A DNA stretch of 32,000 nucleotides from Candidatus Karelsulcia muelleri PSPU (GCF_000829155.1 NZ_AP013293.1:253353-285352), one strand, 5' to 3'. Numbered from the stretch's first letter, positions 10,454-19,859 are shown. Program-made: numbers and translations. Notes: generated from the sequence alone by a model not told the origin.

Positions 10454-10761
10454 TAAAGTAAACTTATAAGCCGGATTCTGTATTTATCATTTATCTGGGA
10501 AAAAAGTTACCTTTTTACTCTATCTGCCCACCCCCCGAATTAATAGTTAAAGGGAATACTACACTTTTTTTAAAAAGTATCCGGTATACATTGCATTTCA
10601 CAACACAGAGTTTACAATATTTCACTACAGCCTAACTGTACTTTATTTCTGTTGCACTATTCCTAATCTCACGATGGCCGGGAATTACCCGATGTGTTCC
10701 CCTAATGTGTCCGGACTTTCCTCATTATTTAATAATAAACGCGATAAAAAAGTCTACTTCT
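10454..10761 (-). ncRNA. rnpB: RNase P RNA (bacterial type A-like)
   Basis: Minus strand carries GAGGAAAGTCCGGACAC (10707-10723) near the 5' end and ACAGAATCCGGCTTAT near the 3' end. Termini AAGTAGACTT (10759..10750) and AAGTTTACTT (10465..10456) pair as a 10-bp P1 stem. Exact ends are inferred. Confidence 0.95.
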
Positions 10762-12300
10762 TTATAAAAAATTTTCTTTTATTATTCTTGGATAAACCCA
10801 TTTAAGTAAATTCATATAAGAATATAAACCTCCCTCAAAATGTTGGGGGATAGTAGGTTTATAATTTATATAAATATTTTCAGCATTAAATTTATTAGTA
10901 ATAGAAGATATTATGTATCTATCATTACAAAATATATATCCTGTAAAAAAAAAATTTGTTTTATTCACTAAATAAATAGTTTTTTCCCAATTAGAATCTT
11001 CATATATATAAACTGTTAAGACTGGGCCAAATATTTCATCTATCATACTTTCATAATATGGATTATTAGTTTCTATTACTGTTGGAGTAATAAAATAACC
11101 TTTTGAACTATCACATTTTCCACCAATAATAATATTACAATTATTATCATTCTTAGCTCTATATATATATCCTTTAATTTTATTAAAACTAATTTCATCA
11201 ATTACAGATGTAATAAAATTTGAAAAATTCCTAGGACTTCCTAGTTTCATAGAATGAATATTATTTATTAATAATTTTTTTATATTTTCTTTCCATAAAG
11301 ATTTTGGTATATAAGCTCTAGACACAGCAGACAATTTTTGTCCTTGATATTCAAAAGCTCCATATGAAAGTGCTATAGATACTTCTTTTGAATTAGAATT
11401 AGGATGTACCCATATAAAATTTTTTCCTCCTGTTTCTCCTACAATACGTGGAGAATATCTATATAAATCTATTTTTTTACTTATATTTTTAAATATTTTT
11501 TTAAAGACTTCTGTAGAGCCTGTAAAATTTATTCCTGCAAAATTTTTATGTTTTAATATAACATTTGATGTAGTTTTTACATTTGTTAATAACATATTAA
11601 TTACACCATCAGGCAATCCAGATTTTTTAAATATTTCCATTAAAACATTTGCAGAATATAATTGTTTATTAGATGGTTTCCATAATACAACATTTCCCAT
11701 AAGGGCCATACAAGCTGGTAAATATCCAGATATAGAAGTAAAATTAAATGGTGTTATTGCAACTACAAATCCTTTTAAAGGACGATAATATAAACTATTA
11801 AAAACTCCTCTACTATATAAATATTTCTTATTATATATTATATATGCATATTCTATATGAAATTTTAAAAGATCTATTAATTCACAAGCGGCATCTATTT
11901 CAGATTGAAAAATATTTTTCGATTGACCAATCATTGTAGCTGCATTAATTTTCATTCTATATGGACCAGAAATTAAATCAGCAGCTTTTAAAAATATAGA
12001 AGCTCTATCTGCCCAAGATAAATTTGACCAATTTTTATGGACTGATAAAGATGAATTAATTGCATTATTAATATCTTTTTCTGATCCTTCATGCCAATAT
12101 CCTATAATTTTTTTATTATCATGTGGAGGAGAAATAGGATGTTTTATTCCACTAAAAATTTTTTCATTTCCAATATATTGAGGAATATCTATTTTAGAAT
12201 TAAACATTTCATCATAAAGTCTTTTTAATTTTAAACGAGAAATAATATCATTATTATAATCATGTATTGGTTCATTAATAAAAAATTTTTTTTTATACAT
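10762..12300 (-). CDS. pruA: 1-pyrroline-5-carboxylate (L-glutamate gamma-semialdehyde) dehydrogenase-like protein, probably catalytically impaired
   Basis: 512 aa ALDH fold with P5CDH motifs: AITPFNFTSI, NFTGSTEVFKKI, GETGGKNF, GAFEYQGQK-L-SAVSRAYIP, EIFGPVLTVYIYED. The catalytic Cys position is Leu. Confidence 0.85.
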   Translation of the reverse strand: MYKKKFFINEPIHDYNNDIISRLKLKRLYDEMFNSKIDIPQYIGNEKIFSGIKHPISPPHDNKKIIGYWHEGSEKDINNAINSSLSVHKNWSNLSWADRASIFLKAADLISGPYRMKINAATMIGQSKNIFQSEIDAACELIDLLKFHIEYAYIIYNKKYLYSRGVFNSLYYRPLKGFVVAITPFNFTSISGYLPACMALMGNVVLWKPSNKQLYSANVLMEIFKKSGLPDGVINMLLTNVKTTSNVILKHKNFAGINFTGSTEVFKKIFKNISKKIDLYRYSPRIVGETGGKNFIWVHPNSNSKEVSIALSYGAFEYQGQKLSAVSRAYIPKSLWKENIKKLLINNIHSMKLGSPRNFSNFITSVIDEISFNKIKGYIYRAKNDNNCNIIIGGKCDSSKGYFITPTVIETNNPYYESMIDEIFGPVLTVYIYEDSNWEKTIYLVNKTNFFFTGYIFCNDRYIISSITNKFNAENIYINYKPTIPQHFEGGLYSYMNLLKWVYPRIIKENFL

Positions 12301-12315
12301 AAAATTATTTTAAAT

Positions 12316-13950
12316 TTAATTTTTAGTAAAATTAAATATAATTTTTTTTCCAAAAGGTGTATAATATGGATTGTTAGAATTAAATAAATTTTTAATTAAA
12401 TATTTAATTTTTAAATTATTAATTTTTACTCCATTTTTAATAGAAAAATATTTACATATTTTTTTATAAAAAATCTCAAGATTTAAATCAAAATTTGATA
12501 TAATACTTTTTATAAAATTAGATATATTATATGACTCTAACATTAGAGGTATATATTTAACTAAAATAATATCTTTAATAAGATTAATTTCAAATCCTAA
12601 ATAATTTAATTTATTTATTATTTCTTTTATAGAAGAATAATTTTTATTAATAATTTTTATTTCGATTGGAAATCGAATTTTTTTTTTTTTTTTATATTTT
12701 TTATAATAAAAAAAATCATATAAAATTCTTTGATGAGCACGATTTTGATTGACTAATATGAGTTCAAATTTAATAAAGCCTAATAGATATTTATTATAAA
12801 TTTGAATCCATTTATATAAATAATATTTATTTACGTTTTCTAAAAAAAAATTAGAATTAAATTTTTTTTCTTTTAAAGATTCTTTTATATTTTTATATTT
12901 TTTATTAAAAAAAAAGATATAATTTTTATCAGTATCTTTTTTTTTTAAAAAAAATTTTTTAATATTATTAATTCCTAAATATTCTTTAATAAGAGTACTA
13001 ATTTTATTACATAAATATATTTCATCATAAAATTTTACTTTTGTTTTGTATGGACTAATATTAATATTAAATTTACTAGGATCCATCGTTAAAAAAATAA
13101 AATAAGAAGGATTATATTTTTTTTTTGTAAGACCTTCATAAGAATTTATAATAGCATTATGTAAATTTTTATTTTTTATAAATCGTTTATTTAAAAAAAT
13201 ATATTGTTTTTTTAAATTAAAATATTTAGTATTTGTTATGTAACCTTGTATTTTAACTAAGTTAGTCGTTTTTTTTATTTTAATTAAATATTTTTTTATT
13301 TTTTTACCAAAAATTTTTATTATACGTTTTTTATGTGAAGATTTTTTTAAAAAAAAAACAATTTTTTTATTATTTTTTAAAATAAAATTTATATCATTAT
13401 GACTTAATACAATTTTATAAAATTCATTAATAATATTTTTTAATTCTAAATTAGAAGATTTTAAAAATTTCCTTTTAACAGGAATATTATAAAATATATT
13501 CTTTATACATATGCTACACCCTTTATCCATGGAAATTGGTAATGGTTTATATTTTAATTTTCCATTTTCTATAATAAGCCTTATTCCTATATCTGATTCT
13601 ATATATCTTGTATCAATTTCTATCTGGGTAACAGAAGTAATATAAGATAAAGCTTCACCTCTAAATCCTTTAGTTGAAAGATTTAAAAGATCTTCTACTT
13701 TATTTATTTTTGACGTAGAATATCTCTCAAAACTTTTTATAGCATCATTTTTACTCATTCCTATACCATCATCTATAATATGTATTCTATCTTTACCTCC
13801 ATTTAATAATATTATTTTTATATTTTTTGCATAAGCATCTATAGAATTTTCTAAAATTTCTTTTAATATTGATGATGGGTTATGTATTACATCTCCAGAT
13901 GCTATTTTATTTGATACATTTTTTGATAATAATTTTATTACATCAGTCAT
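12316..13950 (-). CDS. mutL: DNA mismatch repair protein MutL
   Basis: Start set at MTDVIKLLS (13950). GHKL motifs: SSILKEILENSIDAYA, IDDGIGM, TKGFRGEAL. C-terminal dimerization region has NQNRAHQRILYD. Confidence 0.93.
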   Translation of the reverse strand: MTDVIKLLSKNVSNKIASGDVIHNPSSILKEILENSIDAYAKNIKIILLNGGKDRIHIIDDGIGMSKNDAIKSFERYSTSKINKVEDLLNLSTKGFRGEALSYITSVTQIEIDTRYIESDIGIRLIIENGKLKYKPLPISMDKGCSICIKNIFYNIPVKRKFLKSSNLELKNIINEFYKIVLSHNDINFILKNNKKIVFFLKKSSHKKRIIKIFGKKIKKYLIKIKKTTNLVKIQGYITNTKYFNLKKQYIFLNKRFIKNKNLHNAIINSYEGLTKKKYNPSYFIFLTMDPSKFNINISPYKTKVKFYDEIYLCNKISTLIKEYLGINNIKKFFLKKKDTDKNYIFFFNKKYKNIKESLKEKKFNSNFFLENVNKYYLYKWIQIYNKYLLGFIKFELILVNQNRAHQRILYDFFYYKKYKKKKKIRFPIEIKIINKNYSSIKEIINKLNYLGFEINLIKDIILVKYIPLMLESYNISNFIKSIISNFDLNLEIFYKKICKYFSIKNGVKINNLKIKYLIKNLFNSNNPYYTPFGKKIIFNFTKN

Positions 13951-14028
13951 TTTATTATAGATTATAATTTTTAATATTGTTAGTAATTTATTTTTAAATA
14001 AATTATTTTTTATTATAATATATATATT

Positions 14029-15366
14029 GTGAAACTCTGGCAAAAAAATTTTGAAATTAATAAAAAAATAGAAATATTTACAGTAGGAAAAGATAGAAAT
14101 TTAGATTTATTTTTAGCACCTCATGATGTTATAGGGACATTAGCACATATAATAATGTTAGAAACAATAGGTCTATTAAACATTAACGAATTAAATTCTT
14201 TAATTAAAGAATTACATATTATTTATGATACAATTATATCTGGAAAATTTAAAATAGAGGATAATGTCGAAGATATACATTCTCAAATAGAATTAATATT
14301 AACTCAACGTTTAGGAGAAATCGGTAAAAAAATCCATAGTGGAAGATCTAGAAATGATCAAATTTTATTAGATATAAAATTATTTATTCGTAAAGAAATA
14401 CAAGAATTAGTTTTTTTAATTAAAAAATTATTTAATGTCTTAATATATTTAAGTAATCGTTATAAAAAAATATTAATTCCTGGTTATACACATTATCAAA
14501 TAGCTATGCCTTCTTCATTTGGTTTATGGTTCGCCTCTTATGCAGAAAGTCTTATAGACGATATATGTTTTTTAAAAAACGCTTATAATATTTCTAATAA
14601 AAATCCTTTAGGTTCAGCAGCTGGATTTGGATCATCTTTTTCATTAAATAGAAAACTTACAACAGATCTTTTAGGTTTTGAAGATTTAAATTATAATGTA
14701 GTATATGCACAAATGTGTAGAGGTAAAACAGAACGTATAGTTTCACAAGCTATTTCATCATTAGCTAGTACTATGAGTAAAATATCTCAAGATATATGTT
14801 TATATATGAGTCAGAATTTTAATTTTTTTTCATTACCTGATAATTTAACTACAGGATCTAGCATAATGCCACACAAAAAAAATCCAGATGTATTTGAATT
14901 AATAAGATCTAGATGTAATAAAATTATTTCTTTACCTAATCAAATATCAATTATAATAACTAATTTATCTTCAGGATATCATAGAGATTTACAAACTATT
15001 AAAGAAATTTTTTTACCAATATTTGATGAAATTAAAACAATAATATTAATATCTACATTTATGTTTAAAAAACTAATTATAAATAAAGAAATATTAAATG
15101 ATAAAAAATATAAATATTTGTTTAGTGTAGAAGTTGTTAATTCTTTAGTTAAAAAAGGTGTCTCATTTAGAGAAGCATATAAAAAAATTGGATTAGATAT
15201 CCAAAAAGGATGTTTTTATCCAATTACTGAGATAAAACATTCTCATGAAGGAAGTATAAGCAATTTATGTAATAAAAAACTTTCATATATAATGAAAAAT
15301 TCAATAAAACAATTTAAATTTGAAATTGTTAATAAAGCCATTAATAAATTATTAATTAATATATAA
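14029..15366 (+). CDS. argH: Argininosuccinate lyase
   Basis: MKLWQKNFEINKKIEIFTVGKDRNLD...DIHSQIE..L..R.GEIGKKIHSGRSRNDQ...TTGSSIMPHKKNPDVFELIRSR; GTG start codon. Confidence 0.96.
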   Translation: MKLWQKNFEINKKIEIFTVGKDRNLDLFLAPHDVIGTLAHIIMLETIGLLNINELNSLIKELHIIYDTIISGKFKIEDNVEDIHSQIELILTQRLGEIGKKIHSGRSRNDQILLDIKLFIRKEIQELVFLIKKLFNVLIYLSNRYKKILIPGYTHYQIAMPSSFGLWFASYAESLIDDICFLKNAYNISNKNPLGSAAGFGSSFSLNRKLTTDLLGFEDLNYNVVYAQMCRGKTERIVSQAISSLASTMSKISQDICLYMSQNFNFFSLPDNLTTGSSIMPHKKNPDVFELIRSRCNKIISLPNQISIIITNLSSGYHRDLQTIKEIFLPIFDEIKTIILISTFMFKKLIINKEILNDKKYKYLFSVEVVNSLVKKGVSFREAYKKIGLDIQKGCFYPITEIKHSHEGSISNLCNKKLSYIMKNSIKQFKFEIVNKAINKLLINI

Positions 15367-15368
15367 TT

Positions 15369-16850
15369 TTATTTCATTTGAGGAAAAAATAAAACATCTT
15401 GTATACATTTGTTATTTGTTAATAACATTATTAACCTATCTATTCCAATTCCTATTCCTGCACATGGGGGCATTCCAAATTCTAAAGAACGTATAAAATT
15501 ACAATCTATTAACATAGCTTCATTATCTCCTTTATTATAGAGTTTAATTTGTTCTCTAAATCTTTTTAATTGATCAATAGGATTATTTAATTCAGAATAT
15601 GAATTTGCTATTTCATTTCCATTAATTATCAATTCAAACCTTTCAGTTAATCCTTTTTTACTTCTATGTATTTGAGTTAAAGGACTCATTTCTATTGGAT
15701 GATCCATAATAAATGTAGGATTAATATATTTTTTTTCACATTTTTCACTAAAAATTAGATCAATAATTTTACCTTTTCCCATACTATTATCTATTTTTAC
15801 ATTTATTTTTTTACATATTTTAATTATATTTTTTTCATCCATTCCATATAAATCATAGCCAGTATTTTCTTTAATTGAATCTAATATTGTTATTTTTTTA
15901 AATGGAATATTAAAATTTATAATATTATATCCAATTTTTATAAATTTTTTATCATGTATTTTTACACATAAAAATTCTAGCATTTTTTCTATAAAAATCA
16001 TCATCCAAAAATAATCTTTATAAGATACATATAATTCTAAAATAGTAAATTCTGTATTATGTATTTTATCTATACCTTCATTTCTAAAATTTCTAGAAAA
16101 TTCATAAACGGATTCTAATCCTCCTACAATTAATTTTTTTAAAAATAATTCATTTGAAATACGTAAATATAATGGTATATTTAGTGCATTATGATGAGTC
16201 ATAAATGGACGAGCGATAGCCCCTCCAGGGATTGATTGAAGTATAGGAGTTTCTACTTCTAAATATCCTTTTTTATTTAAAAAATTACGAATATATTGTA
16301 TTATTTTAGTTCGCTTTCTAAATATAGATTTTGTTTTATCATTAACTATTAAATCTAAATATCTCATACGATAACGTTGTTCAGACTCATAAAAAGAGTC
16401 ATGAACTTTTCCAGTTTCATCTTGTTTAACATGGGGTAAAACACGTAAACATTTAGATAATAATTTTATTTTTTTAGCATGTACAGTAGTCTTATTACTT
16501 TTAGTTTTAAATAAAAAACCTTTTATTCCTATAATATCTCCAATATCTAAAAGTTTTTTAAAAAAAAAATCATAATTTTTTATACTATCTCTTTTAAGAT
16601 AAATCTGTATTATTCCATGTTTATCTTTCATTTCTATAAATGAGGCTTTTCCCATTATTCTCATTCTAATAATACGTCCAGAAATAATTACATTTTTTCC
16701 ATATTCATAAAATTTAATCAAATATATTGATGTTGCATTTACATAATATTCTTCAGACGGATAAGGATTTATACCCAATTTTATAATTTCATAAAGTTTT
16801 TTTCTACGTATTATTTCTTGATCTGATAATTTTATAAAATTTTTATTCAT
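15369..16850 (-). CDS. lysS: Lysine--tRNA ligase (class II)
   Basis: Start set at MNKNFIKLSDQEII (16850). Motifs YEFSRNFRNEGIDKIHNTEFTILELYVSY, LELIINGNEIANSYSELN, GMPPCAGIGIGIDRLIMLL. Confidence 0.96.
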   Translation of the reverse strand: MNKNFIKLSDQEIIRRKKLYEIIKLGINPYPSEEYYVNATSIYLIKFYEYGKNVIISGRIIRMRIMGKASFIEMKDKHGIIQIYLKRDSIKNYDFFFKKLLDIGDIIGIKGFLFKTKSNKTTVHAKKIKLLSKCLRVLPHVKQDETGKVHDSFYESEQRYRMRYLDLIVNDKTKSIFRKRTKIIQYIRNFLNKKGYLEVETPILQSIPGGAIARPFMTHHNALNIPLYLRISNELFLKKLIVGGLESVYEFSRNFRNEGIDKIHNTEFTILELYVSYKDYFWMMIFIEKMLEFLCVKIHDKKFIKIGYNIINFNIPFKKITILDSIKENTGYDLYGMDEKNIIKICKKINVKIDNSMGKGKIIDLIFSEKCEKKYINPTFIMDHPIEMSPLTQIHRSKKGLTERFELIINGNEIANSYSELNNPIDQLKRFREQIKLYNKGDNEAMLIDCNFIRSLEFGMPPCAGIGIGIDRLIMLLTNNKCIQDVLFFPQMK

Positions 16851-16881
16851 AAAATAATTTGAATGATAATATAAACAAAAG

Positions 16882-16955
16882 TGACCTCGAAGGGAGTTGA
16901 ACCCCCAACCTTCTGATCCGTAGTCAGATGCTCTATCCAATTAAGCTACGAGGCC
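16882..16955 (-). tRNA. tRNA-Arg (anticodon ACG)
   Basis: Minus-strand cloverleaf read by eye: acceptor GGCCTCG/CGAGGTC, D-arm GCTTAATTGGATAGAGC, anticodon arm TCTGA-CTACGGA-TCAGA, T-arm GGGGG-TTCAACT-CCCTT, discriminator A; 3' CCA not encoded. Confidence 0.95.
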
Positions 16956-17041
16956 TACTTTTTATTTAAAAAGTTTTATAAATTATATATATAATTTTTT
17001 TTTAAATAAATATATATATTATAAATATTTATTTAAAATAA

Positions 17042-18016
17042 ATGAAAAAAATTAATAATGATATATATTTAAAATGGTTTAAAGATATGTCATTTTGGAG
17101 AAAATTTGAAGATAAATGTAGGTCTTTATACTTAAAACAAAAAATAAGAGGATTTTTACATTTATACAATGGCCAAGAAGCTATACCTGCAGGTATTGTT
17201 CATGCTATGGATCTTAATAAAGATCAAATGATTACTGCTTATAGATGTCATATTTTACCTCTTGCTATGGGGGTAGACCCTAAAAATATTATGGCTGAAT
17301 TATTGGGGAAAAATACTGGAACTTCTTATGGAATGGGGGGGTCTATGCATATTTTTAGTAAAAAATATCGTTTTTATGGAGGTCATGGAATTGTTGGCGG
17401 ACAAATTCCTTTAGGAGCAGGAATTGCATTTGCTGATAAATATTTTTCTCGTGATGCTGTAACATTAACAATTATGGGTGATGGAGCTGTTAATCAAGGA
17501 TCACTTCATGAAACTTTTAATATGGCCATGATTTGGAAATTACCTGTTGTGTTTATATGCGAAAATAATAAATATGCAATGGGCACTTCCGTAAAAAGAA
17601 GTTCGAATATTAAAGAAATCTATAAAATAGGTTTTTCATATAAAATGCCATCTTTTTGTGTAGATGGAATGAATCCTATAAAAATATATGAACATGCTTA
17701 TAATGCCATCTCAAGAGCTAGAAATGGTAATGGTCCTACATTTTTAGATATTCGCACTTATAGATATAGAGGTCATTCTATGTCAGATTCAGAATCATAT
17801 AGGAGTAAAAAAGAAGTAAATGAATATAAAAATAGAGATCCTATTATTTTAATAAAGAAATATATTTTAGAAAAAAAATTAGTTACAGAAAAAAAATTAA
17901 ATTCATTTAAAGATGAAATTAATCAAAAAATTGATGAATGTGTTCAATTTGCAGAATTGTCAAATTATACAAATGTAAAAAAAATGTATAGTGTAGTTTA
18001 TAATAAAAAAAATTAA
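17042..18016 (+). CDS. pdhA: Pyruvate dehydrogenase E1 component subunit alpha
   Basis: FLHLYNGQEAIPAG, MGGSMHIF, GGHGIVGGQIPLGAGIAFA, TIMGDGAVNQGSLHETFNMAMIWKLPVVFICENNKYAMGTS, DIRTYRYRGHSMSD. Confidence 0.96.
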   Translation: MKKINNDIYLKWFKDMSFWRKFEDKCRSLYLKQKIRGFLHLYNGQEAIPAGIVHAMDLNKDQMITAYRCHILPLAMGVDPKNIMAELLGKNTGTSYGMGGSMHIFSKKYRFYGGHGIVGGQIPLGAGIAFADKYFSRDAVTLTIMGDGAVNQGSLHETFNMAMIWKLPVVFICENNKYAMGTSVKRSSNIKEIYKIGFSYKMPSFCVDGMNPIKIYEHAYNAISRARNGNGPTFLDIRTYRYRGHSMSDSESYRSKKEVNEYKNRDPIILIKKYILEKKLVTEKKLNSFKDEINQKIDECVQFAELSNYTNVKKMYSVVYNKKN

Positions 18017-18039
18017 TTAATTAATAAAATTAAAAAAAT

Positions 18040-19134
18040 ATGGCAGAAGTTATATTGATGCCTCGTTTAAGCGATACTATGGAAGAAGGTACTGTTGTCA
18101 AATGGCATAAAAATATAGGTGATCAAATTTTAGAAGGAGATATTTTAGCTGAAATCGAAACGGATAAAGCCATTCAGGAATTTGAAGCTGAATATAATTC
18201 GACATTACTTTATATTGGAATTAAAGAAGGAGAAAGTGCCCCAGTAAATAGTTTATTAGCTATTTTAGGTTCTGAACATGAAGATATTAGTTCTTTGCTA
18301 AAAGAAAGAAATGAAAAAAAAATTTTTGTTTCTCCTTTAGCTAAAAAAATTGCTTTTGATAAAGGAATCTCATTAGATCAGATTAAAGGCACTGGAAATA
18401 ATGGACGTATTATAAAAAAAGATATAGAAAAATATTATAAAAAAAATAAATTAAATTATAATGAAGTTGATCATTCTCATATGAGAAAAATAATTAGTAA
18501 AAGATTAATTAATTCTAAAATTGAATCACCTCATTATTCTTTATTTATAGAAATAATTATGGATAATTTAATTAAATTAAGAAACTCTCTTAATGAAAAA
18601 AAAAATTTAAATAAAATATCTTTTAATGATTTAATTGTGAAAGCTTCAGCTATAGCTATAAAAGAAAATACTAAAATAAATTCTTCTTGGACAGAAAAAA
18701 GTATATTATACCATAATAATATTAATATAGGTATAGCAGTAGCATTAGAAGATGGATTAATTGTTCCTGTAATTAATAATGTAGATAAAAAATCTTTAAG
18801 ACAAATATCTTTTGATATAAAAGAAAAAGTAATAAAAGCTAAAAAAAATAAACTACAATATAATGATTTAGAAGGTAGTACTTTTACTGTTTCCAATCTT
18901 GGAATGTTTGGTATAGATTCATTTACATCTATTATAAATCAACCTAATTCTTGTATTTTATCTGTAGGAAGTATAAAAAAAAAACCTATTATAAATAATG
19001 ATAAAATTGTAATAGGTAATACTACTAAATTCACATTAACATGTGATCATAGAATTATAGATGGTGCAGTAGGTAGTGATTATTTAAAAAGTTTAAAAAA
19101 CTTATTACAAAAGCCATTAAATATATTAATTTAA
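18040..19134 (+). CDS. pdhC: Dihydrolipoamide acetyltransferase (E2) of the pyruvate dehydrogenase complex, single lipoyl domain, short linkers
   Basis: MAEVILMPRLSDTMEEGTVVKWHKNIGDQILEGDILAEIETDKAI (lipoyl); FVSPLAKKIAFDKGISLDQIKGTGNNGRIIKKDIE (E1/E3-binding); FTLTCDHRIIDGAVG (catalytic); 364 aa. Confidence 0.93.
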   Translation: MAEVILMPRLSDTMEEGTVVKWHKNIGDQILEGDILAEIETDKAIQEFEAEYNSTLLYIGIKEGESAPVNSLLAILGSEHEDISSLLKERNEKKIFVSPLAKKIAFDKGISLDQIKGTGNNGRIIKKDIEKYYKKNKLNYNEVDHSHMRKIISKRLINSKIESPHYSLFIEIIMDNLIKLRNSLNEKKNLNKISFNDLIVKASAIAIKENTKINSSWTEKSILYHNNINIGIAVALEDGLIVPVINNVDKKSLRQISFDIKEKVIKAKKNKLQYNDLEGSTFTVSNLGMFGIDSFTSIINQPNSCILSVGSIKKKPIINNDKIVIGNTTKFTLTCDHRIIDGAVGSDYLKSLKNLLQKPLNILI

Positions 19135-19859
19135 TTTTTTTTTATATATTTATAATATAATATTGGAATTATAAATATACTAATATTAGTTAAAGAAAAT
19201 AAAATTTTTACAATTTTACTTTGTAAAAAAGTAGTTAAATAATTATCTGGATAGTATATTTCATATATAGAAAATATTAATTTAAATCCTAATAAAATTA
19301 GAATAATAAATGCAGAGTTTTCTAAAGAAGAATATTTTTTTGTTAAATTTAAAATTTTTTTTGTACTAAATCTTATTATAAATAAACTTATAAAAATTCC
19401 TAAAAACATTAATAATGTATTATTAGAATAAGATATTCCTGCAAAAATGTTATCTATTGAAAATAAAATATCTATTATTTCTACATAAAAAATAGTTCTC
19501 CACATTTTAGGGATAAAATTTAAAATAAATATATTTTTTCTTAAAAAGAAAGGTTTTTTTTTATCTATAAAATGATTATATCCTAAATATATTAAATATA
19601 TTCCTCCAATTAATTTTAAATACCACATATTAATTATTACAGAAGCAAACATAAAAAAAAAAAATCTAAATAAATATGCTCCGTAAATTCCATATTTTAA
19701 CGTTTTTTCTCTATCTTCTTTATTAAGTTTATTAACAATAGTTGTTAATATGGCTGCATTATCTATAGATAATAGACAATCTATTAAGACTAAATTAAAA
19801 ATTATCGATATAGAATTGATAGGATTATATATAATTTCTTTTAAAAAATTATAATACAT
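19131..19859 (-). CDS. TerC-family integral membrane protein
   Basis: 242 aa, multiple TM segments, paired acidic motifs CLLSIDNAAILTTIV and DILFSIDNIFAGISYS typical of TerC/Alx-like proteins; KLIGGIYLIYLGY. Confidence 0.85.
   Translation of the reverse strand: MYYNFLKEIIYNPINSISIIFNLVLIDCLLSIDNAAILTTIVNKLNKEDREKTLKYGIYGAYLFRFFFFMFASVIINMWYLKLIGGIYLIYLGYNHFIDKKKPFFLRKNIFILNFIPKMWRTIFYVEIIDILFSIDNIFAGISYSNNTLLMFLGIFISLFIIRFSTKKILNLTKKYSSLENSAFIILILLGFKLIFSIYEIYYPDNYLTTFLQSKIVKILFSLTNISIFIIPILYYKYIKKN

Noticed and set aside
13951-14043. N-terminal extension of mutL overlapping argH
   Set aside because: MutL homology starts at MTDVIKLLS; the extension runs into the argH start.
16851-16940. N-terminal extension of lysS (MDRASDYGSEGWGFNSLRGHF...)
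   Set aside because: It is the translation of the tRNA-Arg region; the homologous protein starts at MNKNFIKLS (16850).
16956-17041. AT-rich near-palindromic tract (aataaatatatatattataaatatttattt) upstream of pdhA as a possible regulatory repeat
   Set aside because: Such TA runs are expected by chance at this base composition, and there is no GC-containing stem or repeat copy to support function.
18534-18896. 120-aa minus-strand ORF antisense to the PDH E2 gene
   Set aside because: Entirely opposite the conserved E2 catalytic domain; low-complexity hydrophobic translation with no support.
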